Source of the DNA: Candidatus Heimdallarchaeota archaeon
GTDB taxonomy: Archaea; Asgardarchaeota; Heimdallarchaeia; Heimdallarchaeales; Heimdallarchaeaceae
NCBI GenBank assembly: GCA_030603365.1
Contig: JAUVXV010000012.1
Span: forward strand, 32,001 to 96,000
Direction of reading: 5' to 3'
DNA length: 64,000 nucleotides
Positions 62,043-64,000 of the stretch are shown here, in pieces (within the stretch, counting starts at the first letter, position 1; every line of letters begins with the position of its first letter). The notes below the pieces were generated by a model that was not told the DNA's origin, ran no database searches, and saw nothing but the letters and a program-made list of their open reading frames with translations. A program made the translations under genes and the position numbers.

Positions 62043-62903
62043 TTATTTTTTCTTCAGATATTCCAAAATTGTATCTAGCATAGGTTTAGAGTGAGTATTT
62101 TTGTTTGTCTTCAAATCGATATATTCAGAATTCTTTATCATCTGGGTAATTTCTTGAGTAATTTCTGTATTATGTAATCTGTCAACACTCTCATCAACAA
62201 TGAGAACTCGATTGTCAATTCCTTTATATACATCCCAGAAATCTCTCTGAGCAAAATATTTTGAAGCTCTTTTCCATTTTATTGGATCTGATTCTCTTAT
62301 CGAACGAGCATACTTAGCACCGTGTTCTTCATCTTCAGCTTTAAAATTCTTGACCCACCAAATGCCAATAATTTTTACTATCGAACTTAGCCATAGAGGG
62401 ACAATTACAATTAGGATTCTTATTGAACGAGGGATGGGTACTTTTTCAATTGGACCAATAAACACACTAAGGTAAGGATCAATCATACCGTTCTTGAGCA
62501 TATAAGCTACTAACATGGCACTGAAAGAGGAAGTAAGCATTACTACTTTTTCTTGTTTCAAATCTAAAAATTCAAAAATTTCTTTTATGTCTAAAGCGAA
62601 TCTCTCAATATCGAACTCAGCAGTTTTAGTGATTTTACTAGATCCCTTTTCTCTCGTTTCAATGTACAAAATATTGAAATGCTTTTGGGCATCTAAAAGG
62701 AAATTGTCCCATCCCAATACTAAAGAAACCCATCCAGCTACTAAAACAAGTGTAAAAGGGTCTTTTTTAACAGCTTTAGTTAAGCTTTGAAGTATTCTTA
62801 TTTCAGAACCATCAGAAACTTGTACATAAGAAATTTCTGCTGTTTTTTCATACTCAGCAAGAGAAATAAGATCGAATTTTGCATCTGCCTTTTTTTTACT
62901 CAT
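62043..62903 (-). CDS. Alpha/beta hydrolase-fold protein with atypical nucleophile elbow
   Basis: LVAGW, ETREKGSS, TSSFSA, D..H. Confidence 0.7.
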   Translation of the reverse strand: MSKKKADAKFDLISLAEYEKTAEISYVQVSDGSEIRILQSLTKAVKKDPFTLVLVAGWVSLVLGWDNFLLDAQKHFNILYIETREKGSSKITKTAEFDIERFALDIKEIFEFLDLKQEKVVMLTSSFSAMLVAYMLKNGMIDPYLSVFIGPIEKVPIPRSIRILIVIVPLWLSSIVKIIGIWWVKNFKAEDEEHGAKYARSIRESDPIKWKRASKYFAQRDFWDVYKGIDNRVLIVDESVDRLHNTEITQEITQMIKNSEYIDLKTNKNTHSKPMLDTILEYLKKK

Positions 62904-62986
62904 ATTTATAGTTTGATTTTCTTAAATTTAAATATTACACAATAATCTAGGTAAAAATTTAAAAGAAAGAAAAAAAATGTTAAATC

Positions 62987-63796
62987 ATGATTTTTGATGC
63001 AATTATTCTTGCAGGAAAAAGTGAAAAAGATAACGAGTTGATTCAAAAAGAAAAGGTATTTTCAAAACCTTTTTTAAAATTAGGAGACAAAATGTTTCTT
63101 GAACACCAAGTTGAAGTTCTTCGGCAAATAGATGGAATGAGAAATATCTACATTAGTGGAATGTCAGAAAAAGAATGGAAAACCAAATTACCTGCACCAG
63201 TTATTTTTGATGAATTTGAAGCAGATATTATCGAAAAATTAAGACATTTTAGACGTGATATTTTCACACCTGATACTGAACCTGATTATGTAATTATAGT
63301 ATCCAGTGATATTCCATTAATCACCAAAGAAGCCATCGAAAGATTTTTGGAAAAATGTAAACAATCAACTGATGGTGAGTTAAAAGCTTTATATTACATG
63401 AGCCTTATTGATGAAAAAGTGATGACCAGTAAGTTTCCAGAATCAAATAGAACTTACTTAAAACTTAGGGATGTAAAATGGTGTGCTGGAGATATGATGG
63501 TAGCCAAACCTTCCATTATTGATTCTCATGGAGATGTTCTAGATCAACTTGTTAACAATAGGAAATCAGTATTCAAGTCATTGTTTGTTCTAAGTCCCAT
63601 GACTGTAATAAAAATTGCTATTGGCAGATTAACGATGGATGGTTTTAATGATGCTATTAACAAATACCTATTCAAGAGACCAGACTCGTGTATAGGAGTA
63701 CTTGCTGATGATCCAGAACTTGGAATGGATGTTGATAAACCATTTCAACTAGATATTGTAAGGGAGTATTATGAAAAAATAAGTAGAAATGATTAA
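62987..63796 (+). CDS. MobA-like NTP transferase, paralog of 35792-36604
   Basis: DAIILAG..KPFLKLG, SSDIPLI, FPESNRTY, MDVDKP. Confidence 0.82.
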   Translation: MIFDAIILAGKSEKDNELIQKEKVFSKPFLKLGDKMFLEHQVEVLRQIDGMRNIYISGMSEKEWKTKLPAPVIFDEFEADIIEKLRHFRRDIFTPDTEPDYVIIVSSDIPLITKEAIERFLEKCKQSTDGELKALYYMSLIDEKVMTSKFPESNRTYLKLRDVKWCAGDMMVAKPSIIDSHGDVLDQLVNNRKSVFKSLFVLSPMTVIKIAIGRLTMDGFNDAINKYLFKRPDSCIGVLADDPELGMDVDKPFQLDIVREYYEKISRND

Positions 63797-63798
63797 AC

Positions 63799-64000
63799 TT
63801 ACATAATAGGAAAAACAGCAGCCATAACTGCTCCAATCCCCACAGAAACAATAATTGCAGAACTAATTTGCCAATGGAAAGTTTCATTGATTTCTAAGGT
63901 ATTCTTAATTTTTCTTTCTAGCTTTTCTGCAAGCTCTGGAGCACCCGAATGAAGAATAATTAGATTGTAATCAACTTCGATTGAAGTTTTCTTTCTTATT
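63799..64000 (-). CDS. DegV/FakB family fatty-acid-binding protein, C-terminal part (truncated by window edge; not in ORF track)
   Basis: Minus frame from 63999 reads IRKKTSIEVDYNLIILHSGAPELAEKLERKIKNTLEINETFHWQISSAIIVSVGIGAVMAAVFPIM*, resembling the DegV C-terminal pattern. Confidence 0.6.
   Translation of the reverse strand, partial: IRKKTSIEVDYNLIILHSGAPELAEKLERKIKNTLEINETFHWQISSAIIVSVGIGAVMAAVFPIM

Noticed and set aside
359-63887. Short antisense or overlapping ORFs in the track (for example 359-763, 13745-14158, 40458-40964, 63672-63887)
   Set aside because: They overlap well-supported genes and have no motifs; 63672-63887 is an alternative frame overlapping the DegV-like tail.
1-64000. 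tRNA, rRNA, CRISPR array, IS element or integrase
   Set aside because: Intergenic gaps are short and AT-rich, with no GC-rich structured segment, repeat-spacer array or recombinase motif visible by eye; a tRNAscan-SE/Infernal run would confirm.

Overview
AT-rich, gene-dense archaeal chromosomal segment, most likely Asgard (Heimdallarchaeia-like). This assignment is inferred from a two-domain gelsolin, an expanded family of large TPR proteins, HdrA/MvhD genes, GGTGA ribosome-binding sites, and T-rich terminators. Contents in order: the end of an hdrA / hdrL-like / hydrogenase-protease / mvhD operon; five paralogous ~655-aa TPR genes, one split at a poly-A run and one displaced and flanked by 33-bp direct repeats; a TrmB regulator with two palindromic operators facing a membrane protein; a MacB/LolD-type ABC system; a coupled winged-helix/Zn-ribbon plus CorA-topology gene pair next to gelsolin; a kinase-like / unknown / NTP-transferase / PAP2 cluster; housekeeping enzymes (ilvE, gdhA, ZIP, tldD/pmbA, pepF, MgtE); a membrane gene interrupted by an in-frame TAG that the ORF track truncates; a duplicated surface-protein core with swapped termini; and a partial DegV gene at the right edge. 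I saw no rRNA, tRNA, CRISPR array, transposase or integrase. All family calls come from motif recognition by eye, not database searches.
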